The notes under the pieces were generated by a model, which did not search any database, was not told the DNA's origin, and saw nothing but the letters and a program-made list of their open reading frames with translations. From the IMG/VR virus record IMGVR_UViG_2846430886_000002, positions 4,988 through 68,987 of that record: a DNA stretch of 64,000 bases; one strand, given 5' to 3'. Position 1 is the first letter of the stretch. Each line of letters opens with the position of its first letter. Shown piece after piece: positions 46,361 through 55,692 of the stretch. Position numbers and translations under genes: made by a program. The DNA comes from a virus.

Positions 46361-47407
46361 CTATTCGGGGAGCTGACCGATGGTCTCAAAGATTTCTTCC
46401 CAGCTTGCGCGGGAGGCCTGCTCTCCGCCCAGTTCCAGGCCGCGCTGCCGGGCTGCCTCCGCCATGTCGTCGCGCAGGTGGGGCTCGTAGGCCATTTTGG
46501 AGGCATAGTAGATGAAGTCGCGCTCGTGGTCGCAGAGCCAGCCGGTCTTGCCGTGCTGTACCATCTGCCGCCAGCCGCCCCGGTTGTCCACGATGAGGAT
46601 GCTGCCGGAGGCCATGGCCTCAAAGCCGATGCGGGGCCAGTTCTCCGTGGTGTCGGTGGGCTGGAGGATGATCTTGCAGTGGCGGTAGAAGTCCTGCTGG
46701 GATACCTCTGTCTGGTCGCGGGCGGTGCGTATCCAGTCGTAGGGGGCGCCGATTTTGTCCCGGCTCTTGTCCCCCCAGCCGAGGAAGAGGCCGCGCTTGA
46801 AGGCGGGGGCTACGAAGTATTCGTAGATGTGGAGGGTGTTCCTGGCGAATTTGTCGGCGTCCTGCCGGGAAATGCGTCCGCAGCCGAAGTATTCGTCCGT
46901 GCGGTCGGTGATGTAGGGGAAGGAGTCGTTGTGGAAGTAGGGCTTGAAGGTCATGAAGCGGATGGCGGGGTCGCCGTTCAGGGCCTGGAGGATGGGCATG
47001 TTTTTCTGCCGGACTTCTTCGTTCTGGTAGAGGAAGAGGGCGATCTGGCCGTCTTTCATGAGTTCTTTTTCCTTGGGGAAGAGCCAGGTCATGCAGTTGA
47101 TGAAGACGGTTTTTTTGGTCCGCTTGCGGATCTGGGGAAGGTTCTCTAAAAATTCGGCGTTGCAGAAGCCCAGGATGGCGTCATCCGGCTCCAGCACGGA
47201 CCAGTCGCCGGAGGCATGGATGATGACGCCCAGCTTCACCATTTCCAGGTAGAGGCGTTCGTTGCGGTAGCCGTCTCCGGTGGGGATGAGGTGGACTTCC
47301 ACCCCCATCTTGCGCCAGAGGATGATTTGATGGTGGAGTTCCGTTCCGGCTCCGCCGTACAGGGAGGGGAAGCCGTTGACAAAAAGGCGTTTCAGGGAGG
47401 AGTTCAT
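46361..47407 (-). CDS. GT-B (family 4-like) glycosyltransferase
   Basis: YGGAGTE N-terminal loop. ENWPRIGFEAMASG E-x7-E motif. GKTGWL. Confidence 0.85.
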   Translation of the reverse strand: MNSSLKRLFVNGFPSLYGGAGTELHHQIILWRKMGVEVHLIPTGDGYRNERLYLEMVKLGVIIHASGDWSVLEPDDAILGFCNAEFLENLPQIRKRTKKTVFINCMTWLFPKEKELMKDGQIALFLYQNEEVRQKNMPILQALNGDPAIRFMTFKPYFHNDSFPYITDRTDEYFGCGRISRQDADKFARNTLHIYEYFVAPAFKRGLFLGWGDKSRDKIGAPYDWIRTARDQTEVSQQDFYRHCKIILQPTDTTENWPRIGFEAMASGSILIVDNRGGWRQMVQHGKTGWLCDHERDFIYYASKMAYEPHLRDDMAEAARQRGLELGGEQASRASWEEIFETIGQLPE

Positions 47408-47621
47408 GGCAAGTCAGGAGAAAACTGATTTTTTCTTTATAGCACACTCTTTTATTTGGACAATGAGAATTATATTCCCCTCCCCGGCATTTGTGCCACT
47501 TTCCTTTTTCGTTGCCTTTCAATCGGTTCTTTCTTAACCATTCCCAAATCCTCAAAAATCTTTCCCGGTTGCATTCTGGGGGGCTTTGTTTTAGGATGCA
47601 GGATAGTTCTCAAATCATCTC

Positions 47622-48815
47622 ATGAATACGCCCAATTCCCTTCCTGTCTCCGGCTCTCCTGCCGTGTCTGCGGATTCGTCCGCTGGTGCCTTGCGCTGTG
47701 TCTTTCTTCTGACTTCCGGTGAGGCTCTGGTAGCGGAACGTGAGCTGGAATGCCAGGGGTATGCGGTGGAAGGATACCCCTGCACGCAGGACGTTTCTCC
47801 CTTGCGGGACTGTGTGCCCGTCAAGGAACTGGATTTTTTCATGCCGGGCTGGCGTGACTTCAATACGCCTTATGTCCGGTCTCTGCGCAGCTCGTATGCG
47901 CGGATGCTGATGGACCCGCGCTGGGAGGGGGACGATTTTATTATTTTCGGCGAGAGTGACGCGGCGCCGGTGACGGAGGCCGCCGTACTCCGAAAGGCTC
48001 TGGAACGGGAGATGGTGGAGCACCCGGAAACTGATGTCTTCCGGCTCCATCATCATGTGGCTCTTGCTGCGGGTGAAAAGCCCGGCAGGCCGGAGCAGTT
48101 TCTTTTTTCTCCGTACCAGACGGCCAGCCGGACGAAGGCGGCCCTGTATGTGTGGGGAATGCACGCTCTGGTGATCCCTGCCGCCAGCCGGGCGAAGGTG
48201 GCGAAGGTATTTCTGGACAACCTGCTGCCCATAGACAATGCCATGGAGATGGCGGCCTCGCGGGGGGAACTGAAGGTGAGGGTGGCGGACTACAATCACT
48301 TCTACCAGCAGCACTGCCTCCATCCTGATGGCCGAACGGTATCCTGCGCCTGGAGGAAGGAAAGACCGGAAGCGGCCCCGGTGGCTCCGCAGAAAGCTGC
48401 GGGTGCGGCAGTAACGGAAGAATGCGCCAGAGAGGAAAGCGGAAAGGCTCTGCCTGCCCTGCCGGTATGGTCCGGAGTGCGCCGGGGCGTGTGTACGCTA
48501 GCCCGGCAGGAGGACTCTCCGGAGGGGCTGCGGGACTGGATCACGGGGCAGCTAAAGGCTGGTGCCGCTGTGGTGGCGGTGTTTGTACCGGAAGGGGGAA
48601 TGACAAGAGGCGCGGAAGCCGGGAGCGGACAGACGGAAGGGGAAATGAGGGCGTATCTGTACGATGTGGCGCAGAGGTACGGAAGGGAACGTGTGTGGAT
48701 TCGCCTGTGGAGGCCGCTGCCGCTGCGGGGCCGTGATCTGGCGGCCATGCTGGAAGACAGGATGAAGCGGGAGGATGAGGGGCTGGAGGAATGTGTCTTT
48801 CTGGAACGGGGGTGA
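47622..48815 (+). CDS. Putative GT-A (GT25-related) glycosyltransferase
   Basis: FIIFGESDA, WGMHALVI and LPIDN resemble divergent GT25 motifs. Adjacent to the GT genes. Confidence 0.5.
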   Translation: MNTPNSLPVSGSPAVSADSSAGALRCVFLLTSGEALVAERELECQGYAVEGYPCTQDVSPLRDCVPVKELDFFMPGWRDFNTPYVRSLRSSYARMLMDPRWEGDDFIIFGESDAAPVTEAAVLRKALEREMVEHPETDVFRLHHHVALAAGEKPGRPEQFLFSPYQTASRTKAALYVWGMHALVIPAASRAKVAKVFLDNLLPIDNAMEMAASRGELKVRVADYNHFYQQHCLHPDGRTVSCAWRKERPEAAPVAPQKAAGAAVTEECAREESGKALPALPVWSGVRRGVCTLARQEDSPEGLRDWITGQLKAGAAVVAVFVPEGGMTRGAEAGSGQTEGEMRAYLYDVAQRYGRERVWIRLWRPLPLRGRDLAAMLEDRMKREDEGLEECVFLERG

Positions 48816-49176
48816 AGTGAAGAGGGAATGGAGGAGTAAGGGGGGGGCGGCTGGTTGTCTTACTGGATTTTTTCTACATTGCCTAGTAGGCGGGAGAGTT
48901 CCTGCTCCGTAGGGAGGTAGAGCAGGTATTGTGACGCGAAGAGTTGTTTGTTTTCCGCCATGATGGAATATTCCATGACGGTTTTGTCTGTCTGGGCGCA
49001 AAGAAGATTGATAATGATTTAATTTGGCAGACACTGTTTGCCAAATGGAAAATGCTCCCATTTGTTATCCAAAAGGCTCCGCTGCCAGAAGATGAGTTAT
49101 TGACGAAATGAGTATAAATAAAAAAGGTAATTTTTTGATTGATCTTGTTATTTTATACGTGTACAAAAAATTTTGT

Positions 49177-49869
49177 ATGTACTCAATTTGGGACAATATA
49201 TGGGAAAAAGACGTTTACTCTAAAGAGGATGATAGAACTATACGATCCCAAGTTAAATTGGATATTTTCAAATCTATGGGAGTTGATTTTGGAAATTATC
49301 AAAGTATAGGTGATTTTGGCGGAGGGGCAGGTTATGTTGTAGAGGAGATACTAAAAGCCCCCAACGTTATCAAAGAAGTTTGTCTCTACGACGGATCTCA
49401 AACAGCTCTCCAACTTGCCAAGGAAAAACTGGATTACAGAAAAGATATTGTTTGTAAATTTTATCATCAGGATTTGAATACCCCATTACCAGCAGATCAC
49501 AATAAATTTGATCTTATTCTATGCTTCGGCATACTTGAGCATTTAGAAAAAATGGACCAATGTCTGGACAGTGTTTATAATTGTCTGAAATCAGGAGGAG
49601 ATCTTCTTATTGTTTGGTCGTATCGAAATTCTTTTTTTTACATACAAAGAAAAATTCTTCATTTATTAGGAAAATGGAATTATTCATATCAAAAGGAAGT
49701 AACAAAGAAATTTCTTGATAGATTTTTAGATGGAAAATTTAAAATAGTCTCCCAAAAAATTGTTCCCGATATTTGCGGAAAAGGTATCCTGACATCCATG
49801 GATATAATATCCCATAAACTGATTGATGCCACTGGAAGGTATATGTTTATTCATTTGAAAAAAATATAA
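49177..49869 (+). CDS. Class I SAM-dependent methyltransferase (AT-rich cassette)
   Basis: IGDFGGGAG motif I, FDLILCFGILEHL, LKSGG. Confidence 0.85.
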   Translation: MYSIWDNIWEKDVYSKEDDRTIRSQVKLDIFKSMGVDFGNYQSIGDFGGGAGYVVEEILKAPNVIKEVCLYDGSQTALQLAKEKLDYRKDIVCKFYHQDLNTPLPADHNKFDLILCFGILEHLEKMDQCLDSVYNCLKSGGDLLIVWSYRNSFFYIQRKILHLLGKWNYSYQKEVTKKFLDRFLDGKFKIVSQKIVPDICGKGILTSMDIISHKLIDATGRYMFIHLKKI

Positions 49870-49885
49870 CATATAAATTATTATT

Positions 49886-50851
49886 ATGAACACTGGTAAT
49901 CGAGGCAAGGAAATAAAAAGAAAAATTTTGGAAGCCATTGCACCTATTATGCTTGGTATTTTTGGTGTTTTATTAGCAATTCCTGAAGTCCACAAAGAAA
50001 TAATACGGGTTAATAAATCCTATATTATAGTGACTGTCATAGGATTACTGGTTTTGCATATTGCAATACTGATTTACTATGGATGTGTAGATGCACGTGA
50101 AAATGAAGAAATAGATTCTCTAAATGTAGAAATAGATTCTCTAAATGTAGAAATAGATTCTCTGAATGAAGAAATAGATTCTCTAAAAGATTCTCTAAAT
50201 GAAGAAATAAATTCTTTACGCTTAATCAATAATATTCAAAAAGGCATAGCTGAAAATGAAGAGCTTTTGATTAAAAAACTTTGTAAAACATATCATATAA
50301 ATAAGAACAATGAAAAAGAAAGCAGAACTTACAAGTTTAACGTAAAACAGATTGATTATTTATGTGGTAGAATATTTTCAGTCATATCTGAACGCAGAAA
50401 AAAAATATCAATAGATGTATCGTATGTAATAAAATATACCAAGAAAGGCGGGAAAGTATACATAAAACAAATTGCATATCATAATGAAGTTTCAAGGCCT
50501 TCAACTATGGGTAAGGAAAGGCTAATCGCAACAGAAGAAAGATATGACGCGACCCTTCTTTCTTCAAATAACATAAATTCAATAACTTTATATAACAAGG
50601 AAGAAGTGGAAGAAGTTCTTCATGAGGCGGAAGGTAAATATTTACAATATATAGGAATTCCCATTCAAAACCCCAACAAAGAAGAACCCGACTCCGTTGG
50701 ACTTATTCAGTTCATTGTAAGATCTGAAGGAGAAATGTTTCCCAAAAAAGAGTTCGAGCTCATATTAGAAACATTGTTAAATATATCACATTACTTTTCC
50801 AATATCCACAGAATACAATCAACTATAAACAAACCTGTCCGTGAAGGATAA
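49886..50851 (+). CDS. 2TM + coiled-coil + GAF-like domain membrane protein
   Basis: Two hydrophobic helices, EIDSLN heptads, C-terminal YLQYIGIPI...VGLIQF. Confidence 0.65.
   Translation: MNTGNRGKEIKRKILEAIAPIMLGIFGVLLAIPEVHKEIIRVNKSYIIVTVIGLLVLHIAILIYYGCVDARENEEIDSLNVEIDSLNVEIDSLNEEIDSLKDSLNEEINSLRLINNIQKGIAENEELLIKKLCKTYHINKNNEKESRTYKFNVKQIDYLCGRIFSVISERRKKISIDVSYVIKYTKKGGKVYIKQIAYHNEVSRPSTMGKERLIATEERYDATLLSSNNINSITLYNKEEVEEVLHEAEGKYLQYIGIPIQNPNKEEPDSVGLIQFIVRSEGEMFPKKEFELILETLLNISHYFSNIHRIQSTINKPVREG
50102..50218 (+). repeat. 21-bp tandem repeat (five copies plus a partial)
   Basis: AATG(A/T)AGAAATAGATTCTCTA units encoding N(E/V)EIDSL. Confidence 0.9.
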
Positions 50852-50899
50852 TCCTTATAAAAATATCACATCTTTTCTCTTTCTTTTCTCATTCTCGTT

Positions 50900-53386
50900 T
50901 CATCCCTGCAAGGCCAGCAGGTGAAGCGGTCTGTCTCCGCGTACGCGCAGTCCGACGACGGTTTCGTAAGTCCATTGGCCGGAGGTAATGAGATTGTGCC
51001 AGCCGGGAGAAAGGGTGAGGTCGTTGCGGTCGAGCTTGTCCCAGCGTTCGCCGTCACTGGAGATTTCCATGCCCTGCACCGGGGTTTCTTCCGCCAGGTA
51101 AATTTGCACGGTGGCTATGGGCGTTTTCTGCGCTTTGGTCTCTACGGTGGTGAGGGCGTTGGTGACGAGGCGGGATTCATAGTCATAGCGGTCATGGTCA
51201 ACGTAGACTTCTTCTGTCCGCATGACTTCAATGAATCGTTTGTGTTCCGTGCCGGTTTCTCCTTCTTCTTCTCTTTCTGTGATGAGGAACAGGGCGTCGG
51301 GAAGCGTGCCCTGGGGGAGTGAGGCTACGGACTGGACTTGTCCCTCCGTTGTGTACCGGTGCCAGCAGTGAATCTCGTGCATACTGTTATAGGTCATGAG
51401 GGCCAGGGTGCCGTCCTGGAGGGTGAAGACGGCGCGGGTCTCCGGCTTGCGCAGGATGGTGCCGCCCGTGACACCACCCCCCTGTGTGAGGATGTGGTCT
51501 GCAAAGACGGTGAGGTCACGCGATACGTAGGAATCGCTCTGGAAGTCGTACCCGTATTGGTAGAGTCTGCCGCCGCCACGCTCGCAGTAGAGTACCTTGT
51601 CAACGGCCATGATGGCGGGAACCGGGGAGCTGCCCACGTAGCCGTGGTTTTCTGCGCGGACGGTGGAGCTGGTCAGGGCGGCGGCATTGCCGCTGGAGAG
51701 CACGTATTCCGCATCTGCCGTGCCCAGAAGGAGGCGGGAGGAGTGGGCCATCATCCAGCAGAGGCCGTTCTGTGCGGCGGTGGAGAGGGTCAGTGACAGG
51801 GAACTGTCGTCCTGGGTGCTGATGTCGTAGTTGTCCAGGTCGTCTGATTTGGACATCCAGACGGTTTGCGGCTGTGCGGCTGTCCCGGCGAAGACGAGGC
51901 GCTGGCAGTAGACCTCGCACAGGAGGGGAAAGCCGTAGGCGGGACGGAAGGCGCACCAGCTCCAGTCCACGGCCTGCCGCCGTCCGGTGAACGGGATCTT
52001 GATCATGGAGACTTCCGTCCAGCCGGAGGCTGTCACGTCTCCGGTATTCTCGTCTACTGTTTCCGTGTATTTTAGAAGAAGGTCGTGCTTGTAGGAGGAG
52101 ACGATGAGTTTATTGGAACAGGTGTCGTCGGGGAAACCGTTATTGAGGCTGCTGTCTACGTATTTGCTCCGGGTCAAAAAGAGGCGGACGTGGCATTCCT
52201 CTCCTGATTCTGTGCTGGTAAGCAGTGTATTACTGGCCGCAGCCAGGCGGGAGAAGGAGGTGCCGCGCGTTTCCCATTCCCGGTCCAGGCCGGGGCCATC
52301 ATAGGAACGGCGCACATCGTAGGAGCCATACCAGCCGCCGGAGCAAAAGAATTCCCAGTTCCCCTTGCAGGGTAGCGCGTCTCCCACGGCCAGTCCCCGG
52401 AGGAAGTGGCCGGGGTAGTCGGCGGGGGAAACGGCTCCTTCCACGTAGTCGGCAGATCCGGAATAGGCGCGGATGCACGTCCAGTATTCCCAGTAACCGG
52501 AGAGGAGGACTATTTTTTCATTTCTGGTATATTTGCGCTCGGATAGGCCGGAGATGGGGGTAATGCTGTCAAAGCCGTCCGTGCTTTCGGCCTTGAGGAA
52601 GTTGTCGGGGTAGTTGTCGGGTGAGTTGAGGCCATTGACGAAGCTTCCGGCCTCCAGGTCTTTGATACAAACGTAGTAGGCAAGGCTGGTGTCCCCGCGC
52701 CGCGCCAGCCGGGCCCCCACGGCGAAGGCGGAGGCTGCTGAAAGGAGGTCAAATTTTTGTACTCCGGCCAGAAGGGCGGCGCGGTAGGCAAAGGCTTCTT
52801 CCTGCTCTGTGTAGAAGGAGGCCCGCAGTACGTCTCCGGCTTCCATGCTCCGTTCCGTCTCCGGGAGGGTATCGGGGATGACGACGGAATAGCCGCCGTC
52901 CCCGGTGCCGATGAGCAGGATGTCCTCGTCCCTGTAGCCGGTATGCCGCCAGGGGTGGACCTTGAAGGCAAAGGGCTCAAACTTCCACTGGCCGTTTTCT
53001 CTTTTCAGGGTACAGGGGGCGTGGCGGGGGTGGGTGAAAAAAAGGAGGTTGTTGACTTGCTTCCACCGGAGGGTATCAACTTCTCCGAATTCGGTTTCAA
53101 AGCGGGCCAGTTCCTCCCCGGTGGCCGGGGAGAGGACGCGCAGGGTGTCTCCGGAGACTTCCACCAGGAAGCTTTCTCCTTCTGCGTTGGAGTAAGCGTA
53201 GGGCACGAGGCGGGACCGCTCCAGGGCGTCTGTCAGCGGGAGCATTCCGCGTCTGCGGCGCAGGCTGCCTGTCTGGGAAATCTCCCAGTTTACCAGTACC
53301 CGTGCGCCCCGGTGGTAGGCGTCCAGGTCTGCCCGCAGGGCAAGTTCCCGGCTTAGTTCTCCGCCGTTAAAGGAAATTCGTTTCAT
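50900..53386 (-). CDS. Tail tubular protein B / nozzle (T7 gp12-like)
   Basis: SFNGGELS..L..RADL..Y...G.LRRR.G N-terminus, QRLVFAGT...PQTVWMS, LLLGT..EY, W.R..T.G. 828 aa. Confidence 0.88.
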   Translation of the reverse strand: MKRISFNGGELSRELALRADLDAYHRGARVLVNWEISQTGSLRRRRGMLPLTDALERSRLVPYAYSNAEGESFLVEVSGDTLRVLSPATGEELARFETEFGEVDTLRWKQVNNLLFFTHPRHAPCTLKRENGQWKFEPFAFKVHPWRHTGYRDEDILLIGTGDGGYSVVIPDTLPETERSMEAGDVLRASFYTEQEEAFAYRAALLAGVQKFDLLSAASAFAVGARLARRGDTSLAYYVCIKDLEAGSFVNGLNSPDNYPDNFLKAESTDGFDSITPISGLSERKYTRNEKIVLLSGYWEYWTCIRAYSGSADYVEGAVSPADYPGHFLRGLAVGDALPCKGNWEFFCSGGWYGSYDVRRSYDGPGLDREWETRGTSFSRLAAASNTLLTSTESGEECHVRLFLTRSKYVDSSLNNGFPDDTCSNKLIVSSYKHDLLLKYTETVDENTGDVTASGWTEVSMIKIPFTGRRQAVDWSWCAFRPAYGFPLLCEVYCQRLVFAGTAAQPQTVWMSKSDDLDNYDISTQDDSSLSLTLSTAAQNGLCWMMAHSSRLLLGTADAEYVLSSGNAAALTSSTVRAENHGYVGSSPVPAIMAVDKVLYCERGGGRLYQYGYDFQSDSYVSRDLTVFADHILTQGGGVTGGTILRKPETRAVFTLQDGTLALMTYNSMHEIHCWHRYTTEGQVQSVASLPQGTLPDALFLITEREEEGETGTEHKRFIEVMRTEEVYVDHDRYDYESRLVTNALTTVETKAQKTPIATVQIYLAEETPVQGMEISSDGERWDKLDRNDLTLSPGWHNLITSGQWTYETVVGLRVRGDRPLHLLALQG

Positions 53387-53416
53387 GAGGATATGTTTAG
53401 CGGCTCCACGCGAGGC

Positions 53417-53504
53417 GGGAAGGTCTCATGGTATGAAAAAGGAAAGGGTCTGCTCTTTATTCATACCATGAGAGGGTTTTCTCATTCCATGAGACGTTCT
53501 CCCC
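53417..53504. promoter_or_regulatory. Cluster of three motif copies between divergent tail genes
   Basis: TCTCATGGTATGAA (53424), ATTCATACCATGAGA (53459), TCTCATTCCATGAGAcgttctcccc (53480). Confidence 0.75.
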
Positions 53505-53531
53505 AGCCGGAAATGGGCCTAGCATGGTCCC

Positions 53532-55631
53532 ATGCTCAACTTTCTGGGAATCACGGAAAACTTTGCCGTCATCGAAAACATACCGTATTCGATGACGTGG
53601 CTGTTTTCTGACACATGGACCGGGGAAAAAATCTCCCTGGACGGCGTGACCTTCTCCGGCAGGATTTTTGTCGGCGCAGACCGGAAGGAAGTAGAAATGG
53701 ACATTTCCAAGGGAGAGCAGGCGCACTCCCTGGTGGTCGGCTGTACCGGCCTTCCGGAAGGCCGCTGGCCCTATGAGGTTTTTTGCATTTCTGATGAGGG
53801 GCTGAAGGAAAGAATGCTCTCCGGCTACATCGGTGTGATCGGTTCCCTGCAAATCCAGACCGTACAGGACGGCCTGCCGCTGGCGGACCGCACTCTCTCT
53901 GTCCGTCTCCCCGGAGACACCGCCCGCGCTCTCCGGCTTGAATGGCTCTCCACCTCTATCGCCCAGGCCTCTGCCGCCTCTGCCTGGGAGGCCTGTAAAA
54001 AGACGCAGGCCACTTCGGACAAACTCGTTCAGGCGGAAGACAGGCTGGATGATCTCACCCAGAAAACAGACGAAGCCCTGACTGAACTGGACAAGGTGGA
54101 CGGCTTGATGGATGAAATTCATGAGGAAGTGAAAAGCGCCCATGAAGCCGCTCAAAAAGCGGAAGACCTGTTAAACAGCGGCGTCCTCCAGGGGGAGAAG
54201 GGGGATACCCCCTCTATCGGGGACAATGGCCACTGGTGGATTTCCGGAGAGGATACCGGCATCCGGGCGGAGGGCACGGACGGCATTACTCCCCATATCG
54301 GGGAAAACGGCCACTGGTATATAGGGGACACGGATACGCAGGTGCAGGCGGAAGGCACGGACGGCATGGACGCTGACTTCATTCAGAGAATTTATATCGC
54401 CTCCACGGCGGAACTGCCGGAAACCGGGGATAAGGGAATTTACTACTACATCCCACACCCGGACGGCGGTTACGAGGTCTACGCCTGGGTAGACTACCCG
54501 GACGGAGAATCTGCCTGGACCCCCATTAGCGAATCCACCCTCCAGCAAGCCACCGTTCGCGCCCACGGCTCCGTGCGCTTGAGTACGGGTTCCACCCTGA
54601 CGGACGGCGGCACCGTTGGAGTCAATGAGGCAGGGCAGCTCCTTGTCCGCGCGGCCACCGCCACCGCGCCCGGCGCGGTGAAACTCTCCACCACCACCCC
54701 CTCCCAAATCGCCCCCGGCCTGGTAGGAGTCAATGCCAGCGGCCAGCTCATCGTGCCGGAAGCCACCATCAACCAGGCCGGGGCCATCAAGGTCAATAAT
54801 ACTAAATCGGTGGAACGCGGCGTACAGGTGCAGACCAATAAAAACAACGTCGCCATGGTCCCCGTCGCAGGAAACCGTTCCTACGGCGTGGTAGCCACCG
54901 GAACCCAGTTCCCCGTCATCCCGCACGACCGCCCCTATATTGTCTCCCTGCCCATTGCCAGCGACGATACCCGGCTCAACTCCGCCGCCCTGTATGGCAC
55001 CCTGACTATCAACCTGCACCGAAGGGGATTTTTACGTTACACGACTGGGGCCAATGCCGAGAACGGCCTGGACTACTCCACAGGCCGCTACCTCTCCTTT
55101 GATTACGGGGCGGGATTGGAGGCGGAGGAATACACCTCCACCATAGAGGGGCTGACGGATACCCGCTGCCGCCTCGCCGTCCAGCGTTACGGAGACATCG
55201 TATTCCATGACTCCTACGCCAGTCCGGACAAGGGTGGGGCCGTCAAGGTAGGGGCATCTCTCACCATCTCCGGGGAGGGTGTGCTGAACCTGAAAGCCGC
55301 CTCTCCCGGCTCTCTCGGCGGTATCCGCGTCGGGGCCACCCTCGCCATCGCGGAAGACGGCACGCTGGACATCCGGCTGAACACGGACACGTTTGACGAG
55401 TCCAGCCCCCGGCCTGCGGCCTCCTCCACCATCGCCGCGTGGCTCCAAGGGAAAAACTACATCTCCCAGTCCGATTTACAGGGCAAGGGGCTGGTCTCCG
55501 AGAACCGCGTCAACGAACTGCTGAAAAAATACCAGCCCCGCATGGGAATAGATGATGTGCGCCCCCTCACCCAGGAACAGTATGAGGCCCTGTCCACCCG
55601 CGACGCGGGTACCCTCTACGTGATCTACTGA
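53532..55631 (+). CDS. Tail fibre / receptor-binding anchor protein
   Basis: Coiled coil, two TP.IG.NGHW.I...DT repeats, AT....G.VK repeats, C-terminal LTQEQYEAL...TLYVI. Confidence 0.75.
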   Translation: MLNFLGITENFAVIENIPYSMTWLFSDTWTGEKISLDGVTFSGRIFVGADRKEVEMDISKGEQAHSLVVGCTGLPEGRWPYEVFCISDEGLKERMLSGYIGVIGSLQIQTVQDGLPLADRTLSVRLPGDTARALRLEWLSTSIAQASAASAWEACKKTQATSDKLVQAEDRLDDLTQKTDEALTELDKVDGLMDEIHEEVKSAHEAAQKAEDLLNSGVLQGEKGDTPSIGDNGHWWISGEDTGIRAEGTDGITPHIGENGHWYIGDTDTQVQAEGTDGMDADFIQRIYIASTAELPETGDKGIYYYIPHPDGGYEVYAWVDYPDGESAWTPISESTLQQATVRAHGSVRLSTGSTLTDGGTVGVNEAGQLLVRAATATAPGAVKLSTTTPSQIAPGLVGVNASGQLIVPEATINQAGAIKVNNTKSVERGVQVQTNKNNVAMVPVAGNRSYGVVATGTQFPVIPHDRPYIVSLPIASDDTRLNSAALYGTLTINLHRRGFLRYTTGANAENGLDYSTGRYLSFDYGAGLEAEEYTSTIEGLTDTRCRLAVQRYGDIVFHDSYASPDKGGAVKVGASLTISGEGVLNLKAASPGSLGGIRVGATLAIAEDGTLDIRLNTDTFDESSPRPAASSTIAAWLQGKNYISQSDLQGKGLVSENRVNELLKKYQPRMGIDDVRPLTQEQYEALSTRDAGTLYVIY

Positions 55632-55692
55632 CCGCCGCGCTTCCTTTCCTCTCTGAACTCTCCTCTTTCACCTCTTTATTCCTCCCACAACA

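Noticed and set aside
41720..50218. Tandem repeats as a possible CRISPR array
   Set aside because: The repeats are contiguous, have no unique spacers, are in-frame coding, and there are no cas genes.
31188..53473. Motif copies as terminal inverted repeats of an IS or transposon
   Set aside because: There is no transposase and no target-site duplication, and copies also occur singly upstream of core phage genes.
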